This document shows positions 57,069 through 64,000 of a stretch of 64,000 bases of DNA, in pieces. Made by a program: the position numbers and the translations under genes. The notes beneath the pieces were generated by a model. It saw nothing but the letters and a program-made list of their open reading frames with translations. It did no database searches and was not told the DNA's origin. Position 1 is the first letter of the stretch. The number at the start of each line of letters is the position of its first letter. Origin of the DNA: an uncultured bacterium (GTDB lineage Bacteria > Planctomycetota > UBA1135 > GCA-002686595); contig CALSNU010000003.1 of the NCBI GenBank assembly GCA_943787795.1, positions 128,001-192,000 on the forward strand, read 5' to 3'.

Positions 57069-57808
57069 GTTCTCCGAGAGAGGGCACCGGCGAACCCCTC
57101 CGTCTCGGGGTCGGGATCTGCGCCCTGGATGAGGAGGAGGGCCTCGCTCGATTGTTGCCGCGGCTCATGGGGGAGGGGAGCGATCGGGCTGACGTGGTGG
57201 TCGTGGCCGACGGGGGCTCGACGGACGGGACCCGCGACGTGATCCTGGACTCGGGTGCGCGCCTGCTCGAGGGCGCGCGAGGCCGGGGGCCGCAGCTGGT
57301 GGCGGCTGCCGACCAGCTCCTCGAAGAGGGAGCCGAGGTGCTCCTCTTCCTGCACGCGGACAGCCTGCCCGGGGCCGGCGCGCTCGCGGCCGTGCGGACG
57401 GCGTTTGACGGCTCGAGCCTGGTGGCGGCGGGTCTGGCCCAACGGGTGGAGGCCCCGGGCCGGGCGTTCCGCTGGATCGAGGCCGCGGCGAACGCCAGGG
57501 TGCGACGAGGCATGGTCTTCGGGGACTCGGCCTTATCCGTGAGGGCCTCCGACTACCTCGCGGTGGGTGGTTTTGACCCGCTGCCGCTGTTCGAGGACGT
57601 CGAGCTCTCTGATCGACTCCGGGGCCGGGGCCCCGTCCGGCTCCTGGAGGACGCAGAGATCCAGGTGTGCGCCAGGAGATGGGAAGAGGAGGGGGTCTTG
57701 CGGTGCACCCTCCGAAACTGGATCCTCAGGACGCTGCACCGCCTCGGTGTGGCTCCGCGTCACCTCGCCAGACTCTACCGCCCGTTCAGGCGCAAGGCTG
57801 CCGACTGA
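57065..57808 (+). CDS. Glycosyltransferase family 2 (TIGR04283-like)
   Basis: ADGGSTDGT, GRGPQL, LLFLHAD, FGDSAL, GGF..LPLFED, ARRW. Confidence 0.85.
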   Translation: MSSPREGTGEPLRLGVGICALDEEEGLARLLPRLMGEGSDRADVVVVADGGSTDGTRDVILDSGARLLEGARGRGPQLVAAADQLLEEGAEVLLFLHADSLPGAGALAAVRTAFDGSSLVAAGLAQRVEAPGRAFRWIEAAANARVRRGMVFGDSALSVRASDYLAVGGFDPLPLFEDVELSDRLRGRGPVRLLEDAEIQVCARRWEEEGVLRCTLRNWILRTLHRLGVAPRHLARLYRPFRRKAAD

Positions 57809-57911
57809 ACGGGTGCGCCTCCCTCTCCAGGCCCCCTCCCAGGCCCCCCTCCCAGTCCGGGGCCAAGGCCCGGGCTCCTCGCCCGTGTCCCCACTTCGAC
57901 GATCATTCACC

Positions 57912-58397
57912 ATGGATCAAAGCACCATCGAGCGACGCTTCGAGGAGTTCCTGCGAACGGAGAGCCTCAAGATGACCCCTCAGCGTCGGCGCATCTTCGA
58001 GAAGGCCTTCGAGGTCCATGACCACTTCAGCGTGGAGCGCATGTATGAGTGGCTCAAGGCCGAGGATGGGCCTGCCGTGTCCCGCGCCACGGTCTATCGC
58101 ACCCTCGAGGTGCTCGAGCGGGGGGGCTTCATCGAGGCCGTCGAGACGGGACGGGGCGAGGTCGTCTACGAGCACGTGCTCGGCCACGAGCACCACGACC
58201 ACATGATCTGCGTCATGTGCAAGCGCATCGAGGAGTTCCAGGACGAGGAGATCGAGGCCCTTCAGCGCAAGAACGCGGAACGCCTCGGCTTCGTGATGAC
58301 CGGGCACATGCTCCGACTCTCCGGCATCTGCAGCGACTGCGCCGACGAGCTCCGCGAGGACGGGCGGCTGGAAGAAGAGATCGCCCGGCAGCGCTAG
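57912..58397 (+). CDS. fur: Fur family transcriptional regulator
   Basis: Start re-called at MDQST. TPQRRRI, HFS, VSRATVYRTL, HHDHMICVMC, GICSDC. Confidence 0.92.
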   Translation: MDQSTIERRFEEFLRTESLKMTPQRRRIFEKAFEVHDHFSVERMYEWLKAEDGPAVSRATVYRTLEVLERGGFIEAVETGRGEVVYEHVLGHEHHDHMICVMCKRIEEFQDEEIEALQRKNAERLGFVMTGHMLRLSGICSDCADELREDGRLEEEIARQR

Positions 58398-58456
58398 CGG
58401 TCCGCGGGGTTAGCCCCGGGGGCACGGCCTCCGCTCGGTCCGCGCTCCGGGTTCAC

Positions 58457-58551
58457 CCCTTCGCTGGAGCCCCTTCGCTGGAGCCCCTTCGCTGGAGCCC
58501 CTGCGCTGGAGCTTCTGCGCTGGAGCCTCCGCGCTGGAGCCTCTGCGCCGC
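58457..58551. repeat. Intergenic 14-bp tandem repeat (CCCTTCGCTGGAGC) x6 plus a degenerate seventh copy
   Basis: CGCTGGAGC at 58462, 58476, 58490, 58504, 58518, 58532. Confidence 0.9.
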
Positions 58552-58836
58552 ACCCATTGGCGGGTCGCCCTCTTGAGCGTCGATCGACCCGATCGCGCTG
58601 GCCGATAGCCTGGCCAGGGTTGAAGAGGCCTGCTGCAGGTCGAGTCGACCGACTGCGGGTCGAGCCGACCTATCGCGGGCCGAATAGACCGGCGGCGGGG
58701 CGGAGGGTCTGGCACGCACTGGGTGGGCTGCAGCCCTTGCGGCGGCGCCGGAGAACCACCGCCACGGTGCGCGGGTTCAGCCGGAGACCCTGCGCGGGCG
58801 GCCGCCTTGCAGCCGGTATCCCGCGCGGCGAGTCGG

Positions 58837-59235
58837 TCAGTTGATGTCGCGGGTGAGGCTGTCGCGGACGCTGGTCGCGATCTCGTCGCTGTAGATCAGG
58901 TACCGCTTGGCGGCGACCCGGATCCTGGTCTGCTTGGCGTCGTAGGTCTCCACCTGGACCGTGACCAGCGCGCTGTCCACGTAGGTCTGGATGGTCCGCA
59001 GGTCCTCATCGACCTCGATCAGGTCGGACGTCATGTGGGACATCGTGTCCTTCGCGCACGCCCAGGTGTAGTCGAGGCTGTACGGGACGACCGCCGTCTG
59101 GGCGTTGTCCACGAACTCGTCGTTGATGACGATGGCCGCTCCGACGACCGCAACGGGAGCGCACGACGGCAGTGCCGACGCGCCGAGAAGACCGACGAGG
59201 GCAGCCGCAGCCGCCTGAAGTGAGATGCGCCTCAT
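58837..59235 (-). CDS. Small lipoprotein (DUF3568-like)
   Basis: Start re-called at MRRISL. LPSC lipobox followed by VAVVGAA; T.IRVAA motif. Confidence 0.7.
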   Translation of the reverse strand: MRRISLQAAAAALVGLLGASALPSCAPVAVVGAAIVINDEFVDNAQTAVVPYSLDYTWACAKDTMSHMTSDLIEVDEDLRTIQTYVDSALVTVQVETYDAKQTRIRVAAKRYLIYSDEIATSVRDSLTRDIN

Positions 59236-59246
59236 GATGAACGCGA

Positions 59247-60047
59247 CTATAGAGAAGCGCCCATGGCCGATTCCACCAGCGCCCGGTAGAAGGCGAGGCC
59301 TTCCCCCTCGGATCGGCTGGCGGGGAGGCGGGTCCAGGTGGGATGGGCCCAGGGGTCGAGGTTGCGCTCGGGGTGCGGCATGAGCCCCAGGACCCGGCCC
59401 GTGGGGTCGCAGATCCCGGCCACGTCGCCAGCGGCGCCGTTGGGGTTGGCCGGGTAGCCCACCTCGCCGCCGTCCGGGTTCACGTAGGTGAGCGCGATCT
59501 GGCCAGCGGCCCTCAGGCGCTCCAGGGCAGCGTCGTCGGTCACGGCAAATCGGCCCTCCCCGTGGGCGACCGGGCAGGGCATCTGCTCCCCGGCGTTGAG
59601 CCAGGTGCAGCGGCTCTCCTGGACCTCCAGGGTGACCCAGCGGCACTCGTAGTGGTTGGAAGCATTGGCGAACAGGGCGACCGAGCGCTCGCTGGGCGCC
59701 GCCTCGGGTTCGAACAGACCGGACTCGACGAGGACCTGGAAGCCGTTGCAAACGCCCAGGATCAGCCCGCCGCGGTCCACGTGGGCACGAAGCGCCGCGC
59801 CGAGGTGGTTGCGGAGCGAGGCGCCCCAGACACGGCCGGCCGCCAGGTCATCCCCGTAACTGAAGCCCCCTGCGAAGACGAGGACGCCGTACCCATCCAG
59901 GCGGCCGGGCTCCCGGACAGCGACGTCACTCCTGAGCAGGTCGGCGTCCGCGCCGCCCATCCTCAGGGCCCTGAGGGTCTCGTCTTCACAGTTGGTGCCC
60001 GGTCCGCGGAGGACGAGGGCCTTGGGTCGTGTCGCAGTGATCGTCAT
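59247..60047 (-). CDS. purQ: Phosphoribosylformylglycinamidine synthase glutaminase subunit
   Basis: PGTNCE, GGFSYGD, GVCNGFQ, AHGEG, NPNG, GLMPHPER. Confidence 0.95.
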   Translation of the reverse strand: MTITATRPKALVLRGPGTNCEDETLRALRMGGADADLLRSDVAVREPGRLDGYGVLVFAGGFSYGDDLAAGRVWGASLRNHLGAALRAHVDRGGLILGVCNGFQVLVESGLFEPEAAPSERSVALFANASNHYECRWVTLEVQESRCTWLNAGEQMPCPVAHGEGRFAVTDDAALERLRAAGQIALTYVNPDGGEVGYPANPNGAAGDVAGICDPTGRVLGLMPHPERNLDPWAHPTWTRLPASRSEGEGLAFYRALVESAMGASL

Positions 60048-60113
60048 GGTGCTGGTCTCCGGGCGCCTCGCCCGGGGGCCCCGATTCTGCGGTCTGGGCC
60101 CGCCCCATGCGAG

Positions 60114-60701
60114 TCAGAGCAGCAGGATGCGATCCGCGGCGCCCGGAAGGTCGTCCACGACGTCCACGTAGTGCCCGGAGGACTCGGCTTTGCGGGCCTG
60201 CTCTGCTCCCTTGCCGGTCCGAACGAGCAGCCCCATGACACCGACGCGCTCGCCGGCCTTGAGGTCCCTCATGGAGTCGCCGACGCACCATGAGCGGTCG
60301 AGGTCGATGTTCAGGCGCGCCGCAGCCTCCAGCAACATCCCCGGGCGTGGCTTGCGGCAGGAGCAGTTGGCCCGGTAGCCGGTGCGCCCCTCCGTCGGGT
60401 GGTGGGGGCAGTACCCGATCCAGTCCAGCTGGACGCCCTCGGCCGAGAGCAACTCCCGCAGTCGCGCGTGCACCTCGGCGAGTCGGTCCTCGTCCAGCAG
60501 ACCTCGAGCGACGCCGCTCTGGTTGGTGACCACGCAAAGCAGGTAGCCCGCGTCTTTCAGCCGGCGCAGGGCCTCCGCGGCACCAGGGAGCAGCTCGAGG
60601 TCGGCCGGGTCGGCGAGGTAGTTGACCTCGCGGTTGATCGTGCCGTCCCGGTCGAGGAAGACGGCGGCGTGCTCGGACAAGGGCTCAGCGGCCCCCTTCA
60701 C
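60114..60701 (-). CDS. gmhB: D-glycero-D-manno-heptose 1,7-bisphosphate phosphatase (HAD IIIA)
   Basis: FLDRDGTIN, VTNQSG, CPHHP, CSCRKP, VGDS..D. Confidence 0.88.
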   Translation of the reverse strand: MKGAAEPLSEHAAVFLDRDGTINREVNYLADPADLELLPGAAEALRRLKDAGYLLCVVTNQSGVARGLLDEDRLAEVHARLRELLSAEGVQLDWIGYCPHHPTEGRTGYRANCSCRKPRPGMLLEAAARLNIDLDRSWCVGDSMRDLKAGERVGVMGLLVRTGKGAEQARKAESSGHYVDVVDDLPGAADRILLL

Positions 60702-61110
60702 GTGCGCGCGTCATCTTCACGTAGATGCGGTGGGGCATCTCACCGTCCCGGTTCTTGACCGGGAAGAAGAAGTCTGGCCCGCTCAGGAAGATCGGGAGCG
60801 GCCACGAGGTCAGGTTGGTGAACGAGTCCATGTAGAAGATCACGAGGTCTCGCTCGCCGATCTTCCAGCGCCGGGTCTCCGTGCGGTACCCGTCCAGCTT
60901 GAACTCAACCTTGTGGGGCTCGTCGGGGAGCTGAATCCGGCACGGGGTCGAGAGCCCCACGCTCACACCGTCGATGTAGACCACGGCGCCGGGCGGGCTG
61001 GAGTCCAGGACGATGGGGCGCCGCGCCGCAATGCAGGCCGTGAAGAGCGGCACTGCGAACATCAGCAGCAGGACGCTTCGGGAGCGGTGCAGGAGGGAGT
61101 GGGGGGCCAT
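60685..61110 (-). CDS. PEGA domain lipoprotein
   Basis: Start re-called at MAPHSL. FTAC lipobox; DSSPPGAVVYIDG..TP..FKLDGY. Confidence 0.82.
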   Translation of the reverse strand: MAPHSLLHRSRSVLLLMFAVPLFTACIAARRPIVLDSSPPGAVVYIDGVSVGLSTPCRIQLPDEPHKVEFKLDGYRTETRRWKIGERDLVIFYMDSFTNLTSWPLPIFLSGPDFFFPVKNRDGEMPHRIYVKMTRAREGGR

Positions 61111-61320
61111 GGGTAGATTCTGGGAGGGGCAGGCGCCGAAGGCCAGCCACGAGTTGTCTCGGTCAGGAGGGGCTGCAGTCTTGACGAACTCCGGGAGTCT
61201 CGAGCCGGGGCCGAAGTCCCCCAGGGAGACGCCCCTCAGGAATGGGCTCTGGGCTCCGGGAGGGGGCTCTCGCGGGACGATCACCGATTGGGGGTGGATC
61301 CCGCTGTCCCCAAAGCAATC

Positions 61321-62808
61321 ATGGTCCCGACGATGTCCCCTGACGCGCAATCCCCCGCCGCTTCCACGGACGCTGGCCGATCCGTCGCCCCTCCGGGCGA
61401 GGGGGGGAGCGAGTCGGAGTCGCCGCGAATCGGGCTTGCTCTGCTTGGCGTGGGCATGGTGCTTGGCCTCCTGCGCTTCTTCCGGCTGGGTGAGTGGAGC
61501 CTCTGGTTCGACGAGGTCCTGACCTGGGGAGACAGCCACCTCGCCCCCGATGGGCTTTTGAATCGAGCGGGCTACTGGCTCATTCGGCAGTCCGTGGAGT
61601 GGACGGGGAGCGAGCCCACGGAGTTCAGTCTGCGGCTGTTGCCCGCGTTGGCCGGCTACCTGGCCGTCCCGCTCAGCTTCTGGGCCTTCCGCCCCTTGGC
61701 GGGGTCCACCCGCGCGGGCATGGCCGCGATCCTCATCGCGGCCAGCGCCTGGGAGCTTCAGTGGTCCCAGACGGCGCGCTTCTACACGTTCGTCCAGCTG
61801 ACCTCGTTGATCGGCGCGGGCGTCACGATCCGCGGCCTGCTCTCGTCACGCTCGGTCCTGGTGGTGGCCGGCGTACTGCTGGCCGCCTCAGGTGTGATGT
61901 TCCACCTTCAGGCCGGGCTCGTGGCGCTGGCCCTGCTGGTCGCCGCGCTCCTCGCTCCGCCCTCGCAGGGACCCGGAGCGCGAGCCGCGGGACGCCGTGC
62001 CGCGCTCGCCCTGTTGCTGCCCGTCCTGGTGGGCGCGCCGGTCCTGTACCGGTCCTGGGCCACATACCAGGGCATGAAGGCCGTGTCGGATCCTGTCGGT
62101 TCGGCCGCGCACTTTCTCCTCTCCGTGGGGTGGTACGTCACGCCGGCGCTGGGGGCGGCCGCGGTGGCTGCGGTGATCCTCGCGGTCCGTAGCGGCGATC
62201 GACGATGCCGCTTCGTGATGATCGTCGCGGCCCTTGGAACGGGGGCGCTCCTCGGGCTCTCGATGGTGGCGACGGTCTCTGCGCAGTACTTCTTCTCCTT
62301 CTTTCCCTTCGTGGCGCTGGTGGCCGCGTGGCCGCTTGGGTCCCCGGGGCTGAGCCGGACCCCGTGGGCGCGCAACGCCCTTGCCGTAGGGCTCATCTTG
62401 CCGCAGGTCGCTGGAGCCGGGCTCTACCTGACCTCGGAGCGAGGGCAGCGGCCCCGGTGGCGTGAAGCGGCTGAGTACGTCGCTGCGCATCGTGAGCCTG
62501 GAGACTCCGTCGCATCAGACCCGGCAGCGGTGGTCGAGTTCTACCTCGGCGACCGCGATCCGCGCTGGGTCCGCCGGACCAGGGACGTGGTCTCCTTCGA
62601 CCAATTCAACCCCTGGTTCGTGCGGAGCGAGGTGAAGAAGGGGGGGGCGGTCTGGCTCGTCCTGAGGAACGACAACCTGATGCGGTATGACGCGGAGCTT
62701 CGCGCCCGCTTCCTCAGCTATGTCGCCGACAACTTCCAACTCGTCCAGCGGTTCCCGGTCCTCGTGGCGGGAAGAGATCTTTCAATCGACGTCTGGCATC
62801 ACCGGTGA
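61321..62808 (+). CDS. GT-C glycosyltransferase (PMT/ArnT-like)
   Basis: SLWFDE, EFSLRLLPAL, SQTARFY, many TMs, WREAAEYV periplasmic tail. Start may be 61333. Confidence 0.85.
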   Translation: MVPTMSPDAQSPAASTDAGRSVAPPGEGGSESESPRIGLALLGVGMVLGLLRFFRLGEWSLWFDEVLTWGDSHLAPDGLLNRAGYWLIRQSVEWTGSEPTEFSLRLLPALAGYLAVPLSFWAFRPLAGSTRAGMAAILIAASAWELQWSQTARFYTFVQLTSLIGAGVTIRGLLSSRSVLVVAGVLLAASGVMFHLQAGLVALALLVAALLAPPSQGPGARAAGRRAALALLLPVLVGAPVLYRSWATYQGMKAVSDPVGSAAHFLLSVGWYVTPALGAAAVAAVILAVRSGDRRCRFVMIVAALGTGALLGLSMVATVSAQYFFSFFPFVALVAAWPLGSPGLSRTPWARNALAVGLILPQVAGAGLYLTSERGQRPRWREAAEYVAAHREPGDSVASDPAAVVEFYLGDRDPRWVRRTRDVVSFDQFNPWFVRSEVKKGGAVWLVLRNDNLMRYDAELRARFLSYVADNFQLVQRFPVLVAGRDLSIDVWHHR

Positions 62809-62959
62809 AGGGCGGCGCGGCCCTGACCGGGTCGCGAGTTCCGGGACCCGCGAGGTGCCCCCTTGGGGGCCAGGCTAGGAGCCAGCTGGGCAAGACCTCC
62901 CAGAGACCCTGAGCCGGGCGTGAGCCCAGGCTCCCGATGCTGCCGGCCCCGGCAGAAGG

Positions 62960-63100
62960 TCAGGCGCTCGAGACCCGTTAGGCCCTCGAGACCCGTTACG
63001 CCCTCGAGACCCGTTACGCCCTCGAGACCCGTTACGCCCTCGAGACCCGTTACGCCCTCGAGACCCGTTACGCCCTCGAGACCCGTTACGCCCTCGAGAC
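62960..63100 (-). repeat. 18-bp tandem amplification of the efp 3' end including the stop codon (8 copies)
   Basis: CTCGAGAC at 62967, 62985, 63003, 63021, 63039, 63057, 63075, 63093; minus-strand unit GTCTCGAGGGCGTAACGG. Confidence 0.95.
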
Positions 63101-63649
63101 GAAGTCGCCGGTGTCGGTGTTCACCTTCACCTTGTCGCCCACGTGGACGTGCAGGGGGACGCGGATCTTGAATCCAGTCTCGAGGACCGCGTCCTTCTTG
63201 ATGTTGGTGGCGGAGTTCCCCTTCACGGCTTGCTCGGCCTCGGTGACCTCAAGGACCACCTGGGTCGGGAGCGCGATGGAGACAGGGGTGGTCTCGTGCC
63301 AGGTGATCTCCACCTCCTCGGACTCCTTGACGAAGCACATCTTCTCCCCGGCCATCTCCTTATCGAGGTTGAACTGGTCGAAGGTCTCCGAGTCCATGAA
63401 CACGAAGTCCCCCGTCGCTTCCTGATAGAGGTACTGCGCCTTCTTCTTGTCCAGGTAGGCCACCTCGAAGGGATCGCCGGCCGCCGGACGGAACGAGCCG
63501 GATCCGCCCGTCTGCAGGTTCTTGGTCTTGACCTGGATGATCGCTCGCCAGTTTCCCGGCGTGCTGTGGCTGTAGTCGGTGATGAGGAGGAGCTGGCCGT
63601 CCTTGAGGAGGACCTGTCCCTTGCGCAGTTCGGTCGCCTTGACGTTCAT
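63086..63649 (-). CDS. efp: Translation elongation factor P
   Basis: ATELRKG, HSTPGNWRA, QYLY..FVFMD.ETFDQ, KGNSAT..K.A.LETG..VP..GD.VKV.T.TG.FVSRA. Confidence 0.95.
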   Translation of the reverse strand: MNVKATELRKGQVLLKDGQLLLITDYSHSTPGNWRAIIQVKTKNLQTGGSGSFRPAAGDPFEVAYLDKKKAQYLYQEATGDFVFMDSETFDQFNLDKEMAGEKMCFVKESEEVEITWHETTPVSIALPTQVVLEVTEAEQAVKGNSATNIKKDAVLETGFKIRVPLHVHVGDKVKVNTDTGDFVSRA

Positions 63650-63695
63650 CGGGATCTTGCGTGGAGCACGCCGCCTGGCGGGCCGGTTGCGGTGG

Positions 63696-63711
63696 GCAAG
63701 CGGCGGGCCAG
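63696..63711 (-). promoter_or_regulatory. Candidate sigma54 -24/-12 promoter upstream of efp
   Basis: Minus strand CTGGCCCG-CCGC-TTGC versus consensus YTGGCACG-N4-TTGC, with correct GG-N10-GC spacing. Confidence 0.4.
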
Positions 63712-63811
63712 AGTGCCGGAGAGCATAGCCGCCTGGGGGCCCTCCGGGCTACCGGCCAATGGCGGTGATGGGCCCGGGGAGATCTCAGGGGAGGAGCGCC
63801 GCCCCTTGAGC

Positions 63812-64000
63812 TCAATACTGGCGGCGCTGAGTCGACGAGGCGATCTCAAGAGCCTTGCGATACTTGGTCACGGTCCTGCGGGCGATCTTGATGCCCTCGG
63901 AGTCTTCGAGGGCCTTGGCGATCCCCTCGTCCGAGAGCGGCCGAGCCGGGTCCTCCGCGGCGACGATGGCCTTGATCCGCTCCTTGATCGAGATCTGGCT
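63812..64000 (-). CDS. rpoN: RNA polymerase sigma-54 factor, C-terminal part (truncated by the window edge; absent from the ORF track)
   Basis: Manual translation: SQISIKERIKAIVAAEDPARPLSDEGIAKALEDSEGIKIARRTVTKYRKALEIASSTQRRQY*, which contains the RpoN box. Confidence 0.95.
   Translation of the reverse strand, partial: SQISIKERIKAIVAAEDPARPLSDEGIAKALEDSEGIKIARRTVTKYRKALEIASSTQRRQY

Noticed and set aside
57065..57808. Arsenosugar biosynthesis cluster
   Set aside because: Only a lone TIGR04283-like GT2; no ArsM, radical SAM or partner glycosyltransferase nearby.
58457..58551. CRISPR array, iteron array or Chi-site cluster
   Set aside because: The 14-bp period has no unique spacers, there is no rep gene, and GCTGGAGC is not the Chi octamer GCTGGTGG.
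62960..63100. CRISPR array
   Set aside because: Contiguous 18-bp units with no spacers, derived from the efp end; no cas genes.
1..64000. Abundant CTCGAG/TCGA palindromes as a dispersed repeat
   Set aside because: Adequately explained by CTC-GAG and xTC-GAx codon pairs (Leu-Glu, Ile/Val-Asp/Glu) in a high-GC genome.

Overview
High-GC (about 70% by eye), gene-dense chromosomal backbone. It is most consistent with a Planctomycetota genome, probably related to Saltatorellus/Engelhardtia; this is an inference from gene content (sulfatases, ASPIC/UnbV, DUF58/BatA, DUF1570/DUF1080-like proteins, EF-P with a PGNW loop, and a recurring Cys-containing C-terminal domain). The window holds about 50 CDSs, including asnS, purD, purQ, gmhB, fur, efp, the 3' end of rpoN (missing from the ORF track), a malic enzyme, a GldAFG-like ABC system with DUF4340, a STAS/SpoIIE partner-switching pair, a sugar oxidoreductase/isomerase/MFS cluster and many secreted proteins. 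It also holds three tRNAs (His-GTG, Pro-TGG, Arg-TCT). I saw no mobile element, prophage or CRISPR. Main signals: (1) three unrelated secreted proteins end in the same ~140-aa C-terminal domain, a candidate protein sorting/anchoring signal; (2) seven genes have a TAnnnT -10 box 6-8 nt before the start codon, indicating frequent leaderless transcription; (3) EF-P has Asn at the normally modified Lys/Arg tip, and its 3' end including the stop codon is tandemly amplified 8 times; (4) short tandem arrays cluster at convergent gene junctions; (5) three single-C insertions break otherwise intact genes and are probably sequencing errors.
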